Shown here: positions 27,972 through 38,351 of the stretch, one piece after another | Layout of the letters: each line of letters opens with the position of its first letter | Position numbering within the stretch: position 1 is the stretch's first letter | Assembly (NCBI GenBank): GCA_963663385.2 | Contig: CAXXXD010000003.1 | Location: 672,001 to 736,000 of the forward strand | Source of the DNA: Oceanispirochaeta sp. | GTDB taxonomy: Bacteria > Spirochaetota > Spirochaetia > DSM-2461 | DNA length: 64,000 nucleotides | Reading direction: 5' to 3' | Translations under genes and position numbers: made by a program | Notes under the pieces: generated by a model | Databases searched by the model: none | The model's input: only the letters and a program-made list of their open reading frames with translations | What the model was told of the DNA's origin: nothing

Positions 27972-28565
27972 ATGATAGCAGGATTGGCCGGGAAAAGCTG
28001 TGCCGGAAAAAACCTTATCGCAGAAATCCTTCAGGACCGGGGCTGGGATGCGGTGGATATGGATCGAATGTCCCATGAAGTGCTGGAAGGACTTTCTGAA
28101 GAAGCCGCAGTCCTGTTCGGTGACGCCATCCTGACGGACAGCAGGAAGGTAGACAGGAAAGCCCTGGGGCAGATCGTGTTTTCCGACCCGGAAAAACTGA
28201 AGGATCTGGAAAATCTTATCTATCCCGTTCTTCATGACCGTCTGGATGATTATCTGAAAAACCGTAAGACCGGGCAGCCTCTGCTGATTAATGCGGCCGC
28301 TCTGGAAAAAAGTGATTTCTGGAAAATCTGTGACCTGGTTCTCTGGGTTGATGCCCCCTGGCCGGTGCGTCTGTTACGGGCCAGAAAGCGGGATAAAAAA
28401 CCTTACAGGCAGCTGGTTCAACGTTTTAGGGCCCAGGGTAAACTAAAACCTCAATATTTTTTTAAGCGGGTCGATATTTATATTATAAAGAATGGCGGAA
28501 GCAGGAAGAGACTGGAAAAGTCCATTGACAAATGGCTTCTGGAACCTTCCTCCGGAGTGAGATAG
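27972..28565 (+). CDS. coaE: Dephospho-CoA kinase
   Basis: GLAGKSCAGK P-loop; DRKALGQIVF; follows polA. Confidence 0.9.
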   Translation: MIAGLAGKSCAGKNLIAEILQDRGWDAVDMDRMSHEVLEGLSEEAAVLFGDAILTDSRKVDRKALGQIVFSDPEKLKDLENLIYPVLHDRLDDYLKNRKTGQPLLINAAALEKSDFWKICDLVLWVDAPWPVRLLRARKRDKKPYRQLVQRFRAQGKLKPQYFFKRVDIYIIKNGGSRKRLEKSIDKWLLEPSSGVR

Positions 28566-28570
28566 AAAGA

Positions 28571-29248
28571 ATGGAAATGGATAAAAGAAATAAAAATCAG
28601 GTAGAAAGCCCTCTGAAGGTACTATGGGTTTTATTGTCAGTCCTCGGGCTGTTGATTATCGTGGGAACCGCGGGATTTCGTTTCTTCTCTCCCGATAGAA
28701 GTACGGGAGAACCCAAACCGGTGCTCGCCGCTACAACCGCTCTGCCGGCTGAAACCCCGGAGGAGTTTGATCCCATTGAATGGGCCAGGAAATCAGAAGA
28801 GTATCCGGAAATGCAGGAAGAGAGCGTTCAGGACGATTCGTTTATAGTAGAACTTATAACGGAAGAAGAGGCTGCCGCCCAGGCTGAGCCGGCTCCCGAG
28901 CCGGAGCCGGTTGTCTTACCGGTTGTCACTCCGGAACCGGAAAAGCCCGCTGAACCGGAAGTCCGGTATAAGGAAGTCTCTGTTGAGGTATACTGGATTC
29001 AGGTCGGATCCTATGGCTCCATGACAAAAGCGGAAAGTGTGACAGCCTTTCTGAAAGATAAAGGCGTAAGCAGTACGGTCCAGGTCAAGTCCGTTGACGG
29101 AACGGCCCGCTACAGGGTCCGTATCGGAGCATTTAACACAAAAGCGGAGGCGGACAAGTTCAATGTACAGGTCAGGTCTCTGGAGGGATTCGAGGAGAGT
29201 TTTGTGGTGCAGTCCACTATCTCCCGGCAAGTCCCGGTAAGCTCCTGA
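28571..29248 (+). CDS. SPOR-domain membrane protein
   Basis: N-terminal TM helix, Pro/Glu linker, YWIQVGSY…YRVRIG. Confidence 0.85.
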   Translation: MEMDKRNKNQVESPLKVLWVLLSVLGLLIIVGTAGFRFFSPDRSTGEPKPVLAATTALPAETPEEFDPIEWARKSEEYPEMQEESVQDDSFIVELITEEEAAAQAEPAPEPEPVVLPVVTPEPEKPAEPEVRYKEVSVEVYWIQVGSYGSMTKAESVTAFLKDKGVSSTVQVKSVDGTARYRVRIGAFNTKAEADKFNVQVRSLEGFEESFVVQSTISRQVPVSS

Positions 29249-29253
29249 ATCAG

Positions 29254-29281
29254 ACGGTACCATTTCGGTACCGTTTTTTTT
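29254..29281 (+). terminator. Intrinsic terminator
   Basis: ACGGTACC-ATTTC-GGTACCGT followed by a T run. Confidence 0.8.
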
Positions 29282-29327
29282 AATTAATATTTATCATTCC
29301 GTAAACCAATGTTATATAATTTTTATT

Positions 29328-31052
29328 ATGAAGACCAAAGAACAATTAATATCGCATATTTACGGTGAACAGAGTGAAGAGATCCGGAAGCGTCTTGAGC
29401 TGCTGCTTGAACAGTGGAAGCCGCTGATCCACAGGCCGGATAAACCGGTAAAAAAACTGCCGGTAGATGAAAAAGATGTGGTGATGATTACCTATGGGGA
29501 CTCCATTAAGGAAGAGGGGAAACCACCGCTGAAGGCATTGAAGGATTTTGCCGACGGGTGGCTGCGGGAGATGGTGTCGGGCATCCATATTCTACCGTTT
29601 TCTCCCTATTCCTCGGACGACGGATTTTCTGTAATTGATTACCGTAAAATTGATCCGGCTCTCGGCGACTGGGATGATATGACAGGACTGGGTGAAAATT
29701 TCCAGCTCATGTTTGATCTTGTGCTGAATCACTGCAGCGTCCAGAGCGAATGGTTCAAGCGGTATCTGAAAGGGGAAGGGAAATATAAGAGCTACTTTCA
29801 CTCGGTGGATCCTTCCGCCGATCTTTCCTCCGTCTTCAGGCCGAGGGCTCTTCCTCTGCTGACGGAGTTTGAAACATCCGAAGGGAAAAAGCACGTGTGG
29901 ACAACATTCAGCGCCGATCAGGTGGATCTGAATTTTTCCCGGCCCGATGTTTTCCTTGAATTTGTGGATATTATCCTTTTCTATATAGCCCAGGGAGCGC
30001 AGATAGTCCGCCTGGATGCCATCGGGTTCCTCTGGAAAGAGATCGGCACGTCCTGTATGCATCATGAAAAGACTCACGCCATGGTTCAGCTTTTCCGTTC
30101 CATCCTGAAGGAGGCGGCACCCCATGTGGTTCTGTTGACAGAAACCAATGTGCCCCATGCCGAAAACATCTCCTACTTCGGAGAGGGGTATAACGAGGCC
30201 CATATGGTCTATCAGTTTACCCTTCCGCCCCTGACCCTTGAGGCGTATATTAAAGAAAATGCCGCACACCTTACCGAATGGGCGGCTTCCCTGCCGGAGA
30301 CAAACGATGAACATACCTTCTTCAACTTCATGTCCTCCCACGACGGGATAGGGATTCTGGGAGCCAAAGGATATTTGAGCGACCGGGAAGTCAATCATAT
30401 GCTGGAGGTTGTAAAATCCAGGGGCGGACGGATCTCCTACAAAGCCACCCCCACGGGAGAGATTCCCTACGAAATGAATATCAACTACCGGGACGCTGTT
30501 ACGCATCCTGATCTGCCGGTGGATCTGCGGGCTATGCAGTTCCTTTCCTCCCAGGCGGTTATGCTCTGTATGGCCGGTGTGCCGGGAATCTATGTCCACA
30601 GCCTTCTCGGTTCCGGAAACTGGCAGGAAGGTGTGACCGAGTCCGGTATCAACCGCCGCATCAACCGGGAAAAACTGGACAGGGATAAACTGGTCGCCGA
30701 ACTGAACGAAGAGGGTTCCCTGAGGCAGCTGATCTATACAGGGTTCAGGGATCTTCTGAAGATCCGCAGGGCGCACAGGGCGTTTGATCCCACCTCTCCC
30801 CAGACCGTGCTGAAACTTGATCCCGAAGTCTTTGCCCTGGTCCGTACGGCCTATGACGGCAGCGAATCGGTTCTCTGTCTGCAGAATACCTCACGGAGGC
30901 GGCTGTATATGACTCTGGACGGACGGAACTGTCCTGTCCCCTTAAATGATGAATATTACTGCCTGACAGAGGGGGGCAGTACGATTCAGGGGGACGAAGC
31001 AGGCTGGACCATAACCCTGGAGCCCTACGAGGTTTTCTGGGTTCAGTTCTGA
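29328..31052 (+). CDS. GH13_18 sugar phosphorylase, probably glucosylglycerate phosphorylase (YcjM-like)
   Basis: ITYGDS, HILPF.P.SSDDGF, WTTFS.DQVDLN, RLDA, TETNV, SHDGIG, PYEMN. Confidence 0.85.
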   Translation: MKTKEQLISHIYGEQSEEIRKRLELLLEQWKPLIHRPDKPVKKLPVDEKDVVMITYGDSIKEEGKPPLKALKDFADGWLREMVSGIHILPFSPYSSDDGFSVIDYRKIDPALGDWDDMTGLGENFQLMFDLVLNHCSVQSEWFKRYLKGEGKYKSYFHSVDPSADLSSVFRPRALPLLTEFETSEGKKHVWTTFSADQVDLNFSRPDVFLEFVDIILFYIAQGAQIVRLDAIGFLWKEIGTSCMHHEKTHAMVQLFRSILKEAAPHVVLLTETNVPHAENISYFGEGYNEAHMVYQFTLPPLTLEAYIKENAAHLTEWAASLPETNDEHTFFNFMSSHDGIGILGAKGYLSDREVNHMLEVVKSRGGRISYKATPTGEIPYEMNINYRDAVTHPDLPVDLRAMQFLSSQAVMLCMAGVPGIYVHSLLGSGNWQEGVTESGINRRINREKLDRDKLVAELNEEGSLRQLIYTGFRDLLKIRRAHRAFDPTSPQTVLKLDPEVFALVRTAYDGSESVLCLQNTSRRRLYMTLDGRNCPVPLNDEYYCLTEGGSTIQGDEAGWTITLEPYEVFWVQF

Positions 31053-31064
31053 GGCCTTCCCTTA

Positions 31065-31150
31065 CCCCTCCAAAAGGAGGGGATTAATCAATACAGATTT
31101 TTGCCCCGGAGGAACAGTAGAGACAGGTTTATTGAAGCCTGTCTCTACTG
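31065..31150. repeat. REP-like palindrome plus long hairpin between convergent genes
   Basis: CCCCTCC-AAAA-GGAGGGG (31065-31082); CAGTAGAGACAGG…CCTGTCTCTACTG (31115-31150). Confidence 0.6.
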
Positions 31151-31152
31151 GG

Positions 31153-33210
31153 TTAATCGGAACACTCCATTTTATCCCGGCACTTTTCTATAAAGAAAGC
31201 CGCCGCCTTATCGGAGGCATTTCCGCTCAGTATGGTATGCATGGCGGTAAGGCATTTTTCAAACTCTTCCTTGTGGTAATTCTCCACACCCTTTTCAAAC
31301 TCCCCGCAGGAACTGATTTTAAGGCTGCGTTCCGGTTCCGGAAGGCTGTTCAGAACCTCCAGCACTTCCATCTGTTTCTTCTTCCCTTTTACTTCGACGG
31401 CTCCCAGAAAGCGGGTATCCACCCTTTCCGGGTGTTTTAAAAGGGTATAGGTCTGACGGCTTATGATTATGGAGGCTCCGAAGTTTTTGGTAAGGCTTTC
31501 CATCCGGGAGGCAATGTTCACCGTATCGGAAATAACGGTAGTTTCCATCCGGTCATGTTCTCCTATTGTTCCCAGCATTATGCTGCCTGAATGAAGGCCT
31601 ATTCCCAGGCGGATCTCACGGTAACCCGCCTTGTCTCTGTTTCTGTTATACCGGGTAACCGCATTCTGAAGACCTATGGCGGCAGACAGGGCCCTGTCCG
31701 GGGATTCGGGAAAGAGGGCCATAATACCGTCACCGATAAATTTATCGACAAATCCCCCTTCCTCCCGGATAACAGGAACCACATTGGAAAGGAAGGAGTT
31801 GAGAAAACGGAAGTTTTCCTCCGGGGTCATATCTTCGGACAGGGAAGTAAAGGACCGGATATCCGCAAAAAGGATGGTCATTTCCTCATGCACCTGATCC
31901 CCCAGATTGACTTCCAGGATGCTCGCTTTCTGAAGGTATTTCAGAAACTGAAACGGGACGAACCGGGAGAGGGAGTCGTTAAACTCCTGCAGGTTGGTTG
32001 TCAGGTTTTCTATGGTTTTAAAGGATACGGCGAAACGCCTGGAGAGCATCAGGGCCTGGATGACAATAAACAGGATAAAACCGATCTGGGTCATGTAAAA
32101 GGTTTTGATAACCTGGTTGGAGTAGAGCATATCGTTGGTAATGGACAGAAGCAGGATAACCATGGCAAGCAGAATCATCAGGGATCCGATCCTTCTGTTT
32201 TTTATGGCCCTTATCATAATGGAGATGCAGTAGATCATGTTGATTACCACAGCCAGTTCCGCAATCACAATAAGATGATTGGAGATCCTGACAGGAAGAA
32301 AGAGGAAGATAACTGCCGAAAGACCGCTTATACCCAGAATCAGGCGTATGATTTTTCTGTTGGTTTCCACCGGGAACAGTGTCTGAAGGAAGAGAGGAAG
32401 CAGAGCCGCAACCAGGAAGAAAGGGGAAAATTCCATTTTTCTGGCAATTTCCCAGGGGATTCCCGGGAGGGTGTAACTTAAAAGCTGTTCTCCCGTGGAA
32501 AGGATGCGGATCGCCATGACCAGACAGATCAGACCGAAATAGAGCTGGGCTTTTTCCTTCTTTCTGAACAGGTAGAGGCTGACGTGATAGATACTCACGA
32601 ACAGCAGCAGGCCGATCAGGAACATATCCAGCAGCATCTTCTTCTGCCGCATATCCTGTATGGTATCCGGATGCCCCAGGTAGAGATTCCGCCAGACTCC
32701 GCTCTTTCTGTAATCGAAGTTGCTGACCCAGATGGTCAGGAGATCCTTCTTTCCATTGGAGATGAACTCCACGGTTTCGGGGCTGAAAAAGGGCGTGGTG
32801 TCCGCTCTGGTTTTTCCGGGGATTCCATTGGAGGCATACTCTCTCCCGTTGATGAAAAGACGGAATGCCGAGATCATCTCAGGGACATAGAGGGCATAAA
32901 TCTCTCCCTCTGAAAGCCCGGTAAGGACCAGCTGATAGGTTCCGAATCCTTCAGCGCTGAAGGATTCGTCTGCAGCCCAGTTCCCCGGAACAGAAAGCCG
33001 CGTCCCCGCTTCTATCGGGGCATCGGGATCACAGAACTGTTGCCACTGGAAATTCCACTCCCCCTTCAGGGGGATGTTTTTTACCAGTTCCGCAGGGTTA
33101 ACGGACAGGGTACCCTCTTCCGCGGGGGTTCCGAAAACCGGGAGGCATATGTTAGCCGTTAGGAGTATTACTGCAGCATAAAGTATTTTTTTAACCATAA
33201 TCTGTTTCAA
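31153..33210 (-). CDS. Membrane adenylate/guanylate cyclase with 7TM-DISM-like sensor
   Basis: Extracellular sugar-binding-like domain, several TM helices, ILFADIRSFT, DKFIGDG, DTVNIASRME. Confidence 0.9.
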   Translation of the reverse strand: MKQIMVKKILYAAVILLTANICLPVFGTPAEEGTLSVNPAELVKNIPLKGEWNFQWQQFCDPDAPIEAGTRLSVPGNWAADESFSAEGFGTYQLVLTGLSEGEIYALYVPEMISAFRLFINGREYASNGIPGKTRADTTPFFSPETVEFISNGKKDLLTIWVSNFDYRKSGVWRNLYLGHPDTIQDMRQKKMLLDMFLIGLLLFVSIYHVSLYLFRKKEKAQLYFGLICLVMAIRILSTGEQLLSYTLPGIPWEIARKMEFSPFFLVAALLPLFLQTLFPVETNRKIIRLILGISGLSAVIFLFLPVRISNHLIVIAELAVVINMIYCISIMIRAIKNRRIGSLMILLAMVILLLSITNDMLYSNQVIKTFYMTQIGFILFIVIQALMLSRRFAVSFKTIENLTTNLQEFNDSLSRFVPFQFLKYLQKASILEVNLGDQVHEEMTILFADIRSFTSLSEDMTPEENFRFLNSFLSNVVPVIREEGGFVDKFIGDGIMALFPESPDRALSAAIGLQNAVTRYNRNRDKAGYREIRLGIGLHSGSIMLGTIGEHDRMETTVISDTVNIASRMESLTKNFGASIIISRQTYTLLKHPERVDTRFLGAVEVKGKKKQMEVLEVLNSLPEPERSLKISSCGEFEKGVENYHKEEFEKCLTAMHTILSGNASDKAAAFFIEKCRDKMECSD

Positions 33211-33408
33211 AGTTTATGAAAAAATCCCGATCCAATCAATCATAAATTGTAAAACCGTATTTCTTATATCCTATATTTTAGACTCCTTCCTGAACCATTA
33301 TGAAATCCGGTGTTTTTTCTACTGGTCAGATAAGGAGTAAATGAATATAATGGGAGCAATTTAAGCAAAACACGCCCCTAGAGAGGCAGATAATCCGGAG
33401 AATAATTG

Positions 33409-34830
33409 ATGAAGTTTTTTGAAAAATTGGAAAAAGTATGTCATGAGAAGGAAAGTCTTCTCTGTGTCGGTCTGGACCCCCGCGTAGAGTACAAGGCTCC
33501 CGGAGATGCTCTCAGATCGATTGTAGAACAGAACCGCCGGATTATTGAGGCAACACTGCCTTACACGGTTTGCTATAAACCTAACATTGCCTTCTATGAA
33601 GTTTTCGGACCGGAAGGGCTGAAGGCCCTGAAAGAAACCCTGACCTTTATCCCCCGGGAAGTCCCGGTACTCATTGATGCCAAAAGAAACGATATCGGTT
33701 CCACAGCCCAGGCTTACGCGGACTCCCTTATTGATTTCTACAAGGCCGATGCTGTCACCCTCTCTCCCTATATGGGGCGGGATGCGGTAGATCCTTTTCT
33801 GGAAAAAGGGGAACAGCACGGTGTATTCCTTCTCTGCCGGACCACAAATCCGGGAGCGGGGGCCATTCAGGATCTGCAGGTGAAAAGGCCCGGCAATGTT
33901 TTTGAGGATATGTATATTGCCACAGCCAGGGAGTGTATATCCTGGGGAAGTCAGGTAGGTCTGGTAGTAGCGGGGAACGATACGGAAGCTCTGCGGAAAG
34001 TACGAAGAGTCTGCCCTGAAACATGGTTTCTTACACCGGGTATCGGAGCCCAGGGAGGTGATATGCTGGAAGCTGTTTCAGCCGGCTGCCGGGCCGACGG
34101 AATGGGAATCCTCCCCAATGTATCCAGGGGTATCGCCGGAGCGGATGATCCCGGAGCAGCGGCGAAGGAGTTCAGGGATAAACTGAATGAAGCACGGAAA
34201 AAGCTGGTTTCAGGTGAAGTGTTTACAACCCGGGATTTCCGGAAAGAAAAGATCATGAAAGGACTGATTCAGACCGAATGTTTCAGAGTTGGCGAGTTTA
34301 CCCTGAAATCCGGTAAAAAATCACCTTTCTACATAGATCTGAGAAGAGTCTCCTCCGATGCGGCTCTTCTGGCGGAAGTAGCCAGGGGCTATGCCGAGCT
34401 GATAAAGGATAAACACTATGACAGAATCGCCGGTATTCCCGTAGCGGCTCTGCCTCTGGCGACAGCCGTCTCTCTTGAAACAGGTATTCCCCTGATCTAT
34501 CCCCGTATGACCATGAAGGATCATGGAACCGGCAACCGCATTGAGGGAGAATATAAGCAAGGTGAAAAAGTTCTTCTTCTGGATGATCTGATTACAACAG
34601 GGAAAAGCAAGGTGGAAGCCATTGAAATCCTGCGGGAGGCGGGACTGGTTGTTACAGAACTGGCTGTCCTACTGGAAAGGGGCGCCCAGGGCCGTAAGGA
34701 CATGGAAGCAGCCGGTATCGCCCTCCACAGCTATGCCCATGTGAAAGAGCTTCTGCAGCCCTGTCACGAGCTGGGGCTGATAGATGAAAACCAGCTTAGG
34801 GATATGCTGGATTATGCCGCACAGGAGTAA
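33409..34830 (+). CDS. pyrF: Bifunctional OMP decarboxylase / orotate phosphoribosyltransferase (PyrF-PyrE fusion)
   Basis: LCVGLDP, DAKRNDIGST, PGIGAQGG; then FTLKSG..SPFYID, LLDDLITTG. Confidence 0.93.
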   Translation: MKFFEKLEKVCHEKESLLCVGLDPRVEYKAPGDALRSIVEQNRRIIEATLPYTVCYKPNIAFYEVFGPEGLKALKETLTFIPREVPVLIDAKRNDIGSTAQAYADSLIDFYKADAVTLSPYMGRDAVDPFLEKGEQHGVFLLCRTTNPGAGAIQDLQVKRPGNVFEDMYIATARECISWGSQVGLVVAGNDTEALRKVRRVCPETWFLTPGIGAQGGDMLEAVSAGCRADGMGILPNVSRGIAGADDPGAAAKEFRDKLNEARKKLVSGEVFTTRDFRKEKIMKGLIQTECFRVGEFTLKSGKKSPFYIDLRRVSSDAALLAEVARGYAELIKDKHYDRIAGIPVAALPLATAVSLETGIPLIYPRMTMKDHGTGNRIEGEYKQGEKVLLLDDLITTGKSKVEAIEILREAGLVVTELAVLLERGAQGRKDMEAAGIALHSYAHVKELLQPCHELGLIDENQLRDMLDYAAQE

Positions 34831-34837
34831 TATTTAA

Positions 34838-36040
34838 GTGAAATTCCTTCAAACCCTCTGGCTGCTGCTGACATCTTCCATCACTCTGGGGAATCTGAAG
34901 CTCTCCTTCAGTATCCTGGAAGTCATAACCAAGGTGGCTCTGCCCTTTATCGGTGTGCTGATTTTCTACTTCACCCTGAAGTGGCTGATCCGGAAACTGG
35001 TGAATATGACCAGGCTGAAAGAGGATGTCAGAAAGAAAATTATTCAGTACAGCCGGATGGCTTTGAAGTTCCTGGTCTTTATCGGACTGATAACCTTCAT
35101 AGGGAATCTGCTGGGAAGCCGGCTGCATTACTATATAGGGAGCTTTTTAAATATACTGAATGCGCCCTTTTTCTCCTCGGGGAATACCCATGTTTCGGTC
35201 ATCACCCTGCTGATGCTGATTCCCGTATTCTATCTGGCTTCCTGGTCGGGAAAAGCTTCCCGTACCCTGCTGGAACGATCAATCTTCGATCAGCTGGGGC
35301 TGGATGACGCCCGAAAATTCTCCTTCGGCAGCATTACCCGCTATGCGGTGATGGGGATTGTCTTTCTCTTCGGTCTGTCAATTGTGGGGCTGGATCTGTC
35401 CGTGCTGGGGGTTCTGTTCGGAGTTGTCGGTATCGGTCTCGGTTTTGGTCTGCAGAGCATAGTTTCAAACTTCTTCGCCGGTCTGATTATCATCTCCACC
35501 CGTCCCATCAAAGAGGGCGACCGGGTTCTGATTAACGGATACGACGGGATTGTCCACAATATACGCTTTGTCAGCACGGATATCAGAACCTTTGAGAATG
35601 AAAATATTATTATCCCCAATTCGCACTTTGTGGACCAGCCTGTCCATAACTACTCCTATTCGGACAGGAAGGTTGTTATTGTCAATAAGGTGCAGGCTGC
35701 CTATGATTCCGATCTGGAAAGGGCTGTTGAAATTCTGGAAGAGATAGGCAGCCGGAATCCCAACCGGATAGAGGGACCGGACAATGTGGTTCGTGTGCTC
35801 TCCTTCGATGACTCGGGGATTACCCTGAGCCTGCGGACCCTGATCCGGGATGTTGCTCTGAAAGCGGTATCCCACTCCTGGACCAATATGGAAATCTGGA
35901 AGGAGTTCAGGAATAACGGTATCGAGATTCCCTATCCCAAGATGGATGTGCATGTGGTTTCCCTGCCCGGGGCAGAAGCATCGGACGAGGGGAATACGGA
36001 TAATCGGGACAGGGATCGGGAAGAGGATTTCCCCGTCTGA
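34838..36040 (+). CDS. Small-conductance mechanosensitive channel family
   Basis: GIGLGFGLQ…NFFAG…RPIKEGD, IIPNS, GIEIPYP. Confidence 0.9.
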   Translation: MKFLQTLWLLLTSSITLGNLKLSFSILEVITKVALPFIGVLIFYFTLKWLIRKLVNMTRLKEDVRKKIIQYSRMALKFLVFIGLITFIGNLLGSRLHYYIGSFLNILNAPFFSSGNTHVSVITLLMLIPVFYLASWSGKASRTLLERSIFDQLGLDDARKFSFGSITRYAVMGIVFLFGLSIVGLDLSVLGVLFGVVGIGLGFGLQSIVSNFFAGLIIISTRPIKEGDRVLINGYDGIVHNIRFVSTDIRTFENENIIIPNSHFVDQPVHNYSYSDRKVVIVNKVQAAYDSDLERAVEILEEIGSRNPNRIEGPDNVVRVLSFDDSGITLSLRTLIRDVALKAVSHSWTNMEIWKEFRNNGIEIPYPKMDVHVVSLPGAEASDEGNTDNRDRDREEDFPV

Positions 36041-36172
36041 ATTCCTGACCTTTCCAGTTATTTCAGCTCTCGGCCTGCTCGTTTACTGCAACGAGCTGTT
36101 TGTAACAGAGGAGAGCACAAAGGATCAAAAATCAAACAATATAATACTGTAGAGTAGCAGCTGGAGGACCCC

Positions 36173-37045
36173 TTGGATTGGATAGAAAGGCTTAACGCGG
36201 CCCTGGAGTATATTGAGGATAACCTTTGCGGCAGTGAGGATATCAGGGAAATAGCCGGGGCAGCCAATACAAGTCATTTTCACTTTCAGCGGCTGTTTCA
36301 TGTGATAACTGATACAACCGTTGCGGACTATGTCAGAAGAAGACGGCTCACTCAGGCTGCCGGTGATATTCAGCAGGGGGCGGATATACTGGAAACGGCT
36401 CTGAAATACGGATATGAGTCTCAAGCCTCTTTCTCAAGAGCTTTCGGCCGCTTGCATGGTCTGACACCTGCCAAAGCCCGGGAACCGGGTGCCAGACTGA
36501 AAGCCTATCCACCCCTTACCTTCAATATATCGATACAGGGAGTACACAGTATGGAATATCAGATCAAAGACTTTGAACGTTTTCAAATTGCCGGTGCGGT
36601 GCGTAGAATCACGACTGCAGATGGACAGAACCTCAGGGATATCCCGGCCTTTTTTGAAGAGAAGGATAAAGACGGGACAATTGGCAGGCTGATGCATCTG
36701 AACGGGAAGTCCGGTCATTTTGCAGGATGCCTTTTGGGGGTCTGCGCCGATTTCGAAGAAGAGAAGGAAGAATTCAATTTTCTGATTGCGGTAGAACCGG
36801 ATAAAGACGCTGATCATAAAGACCTGGTAACAAGATCGATTCCGGCTATGACATGGGCGGTATTTCCGGGAAACGGCAAGATGCCCGAATCCATCCAGCA
36901 GGTCTGGAAGCGGATCTTCTCCGAATGGTTTCCTTCAATGGACTATGTACATGCGGACGGACCGGAACTGGAAGTGTATCTGCCGGATAACGGAGATCCT
37001 GACGACTGTCCTTTTGAAGTATGGATACCCATCCGGAAAAAATAA
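36173..37045 (+). CDS. AraC-family regulator with GyrI-like effector domain
   Basis: HFQRLF…RRRLTQAA…YGYES.ASF; WAVF…IFSEW…EVWIP. Confidence 0.9.
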   Translation: MDWIERLNAALEYIEDNLCGSEDIREIAGAANTSHFHFQRLFHVITDTTVADYVRRRRLTQAAGDIQQGADILETALKYGYESQASFSRAFGRLHGLTPAKAREPGARLKAYPPLTFNISIQGVHSMEYQIKDFERFQIAGAVRRITTADGQNLRDIPAFFEEKDKDGTIGRLMHLNGKSGHFAGCLLGVCADFEEEKEEFNFLIAVEPDKDADHKDLVTRSIPAMTWAVFPGNGKMPESIQQVWKRIFSEWFPSMDYVHADGPELEVYLPDNGDPDDCPFEVWIPIRKK

Positions 37046-37139
37046 AAAAGTCCGTTCTGTAGAGAGACCGGATTACTGTCCTGTCTTCGCCTTTCTGCAA
37101 AAGGAGGAAATCCCGAAAGCAGGAGCAGGGCAGTTCTGA

Positions 37140-38348
37140 TCAGCCCTTCTGAAGAAGTATCCCCCGGTTTCCCTTGAACCGGTCGTCTTCCCGGAAGGTA
37201 AATCCCTTCAGAAATCTGACAAGCTGGGAGAGATCCGAGCTGCGTCCCATGATATAGCAGTACTTACCCGGTTTAACCAGACGGGCCGCTGTATCCATTA
37301 CATCCTGGTGCCATTTTGCTTTGGGGATGGGGCTGAGGTTCAGATAGAGAAAATCCAGGCTCTTCTCTTCAATCCTGTCATTTAAAAAGGATTCTCCCGG
37401 CAGCTCATGGCACTCTATCTCAGCCTCAACAGAACTGTTTTCCAGATTCCTTTTTGTTATTCTGTTCTGAAGGATATCCCTGGAAGCCAGATGGATCTTT
37501 TTAAGGTGATTGGAGGGGCGTTTTGCCATCCATAGAGGAATATGTCCCTGCCCGGCATTCCAGAAGAGGGCTTCTCCCGTAAAGGCTGTATGCCGCAAAA
37601 GTTCCCCGGATATGCGGGTAGAGTAGCTGAGCTGATCAAAATCGGGTAAGTTATACACCGTCTCCATCGGATAGCTCTCTTCCGCCAGCTTAAAAGTTCC
37701 CTTATGACGGACATAGCGTCCGAAATCTTCCCCGGGAAAATCCCTTCCTCCGTCAAAGTGAAAAACCGTATGCATTTTAGTGCTTTCCTTATACAGGATA
37801 CGGCATCCCGCGTTTTCAAGAGCCTTTTCGGCTGTTTCTTTCAGAGGATCCACAATGACGACGGCAACCCGGCCGCACTCTTTAAGGAAGTATCCCGCAT
37901 AGGAGAAAAAGTCGTTTAGAACCTTCTCTCCCGCTTTTGCAGGAATATTGGAAACTATCAGATCCTGACTGGATCTTTCAAGCCCCTCCAGAAGAAGGGC
38001 ATTTTCTATTCTGTCGGCCTTTACGCCATTGAACATGCTGTTCTCTGCCGTATAGGCCGTGGCCAGTGCATCCCTGTCCTGAAAAAGCATCTCCATCCGG
38101 GGAAACTTCTTTTTCAGGCTGATACCTATCACTCCGGTGCCGCATCCCGTATCGACAGCATTTTTAACAGAATCCAGGTTTGCCTCTTTGGCAAGGGTTT
38201 TTAAAAGCAGCCTTGTTCCCGAATCGATATCAAAGCTGCTGAACAATCCCATGGAGAGATGATAAGTCATCTTTTCGCCGTAGAACTGAAAGGGAACCTG
38301 TTTGTTGGAGTAAACAGAGAGTCGGGGATCAAAGGCCTTCTTTTTCAT
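37140..38348 (-). CDS. SAM-dependent methyltransferase (RsmC-like)
   Basis: GLFSS..ID.GT.LL, DTGCGTG, IVSNIP; degenerate second domain. Confidence 0.75.
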   Translation of the reverse strand: MKKKAFDPRLSVYSNKQVPFQFYGEKMTYHLSMGLFSSFDIDSGTRLLLKTLAKEANLDSVKNAVDTGCGTGVIGISLKKKFPRMEMLFQDRDALATAYTAENSMFNGVKADRIENALLLEGLERSSQDLIVSNIPAKAGEKVLNDFFSYAGYFLKECGRVAVVIVDPLKETAEKALENAGCRILYKESTKMHTVFHFDGGRDFPGEDFGRYVRHKGTFKLAEESYPMETVYNLPDFDQLSYSTRISGELLRHTAFTGEALFWNAGQGHIPLWMAKRPSNHLKKIHLASRDILQNRITKRNLENSSVEAEIECHELPGESFLNDRIEEKSLDFLYLNLSPIPKAKWHQDVMDTAARLVKPGKYCYIMGRSSDLSQLVRFLKGFTFREDDRFKGNRGILLQKG

Positions 38349-38351
38349 ATC

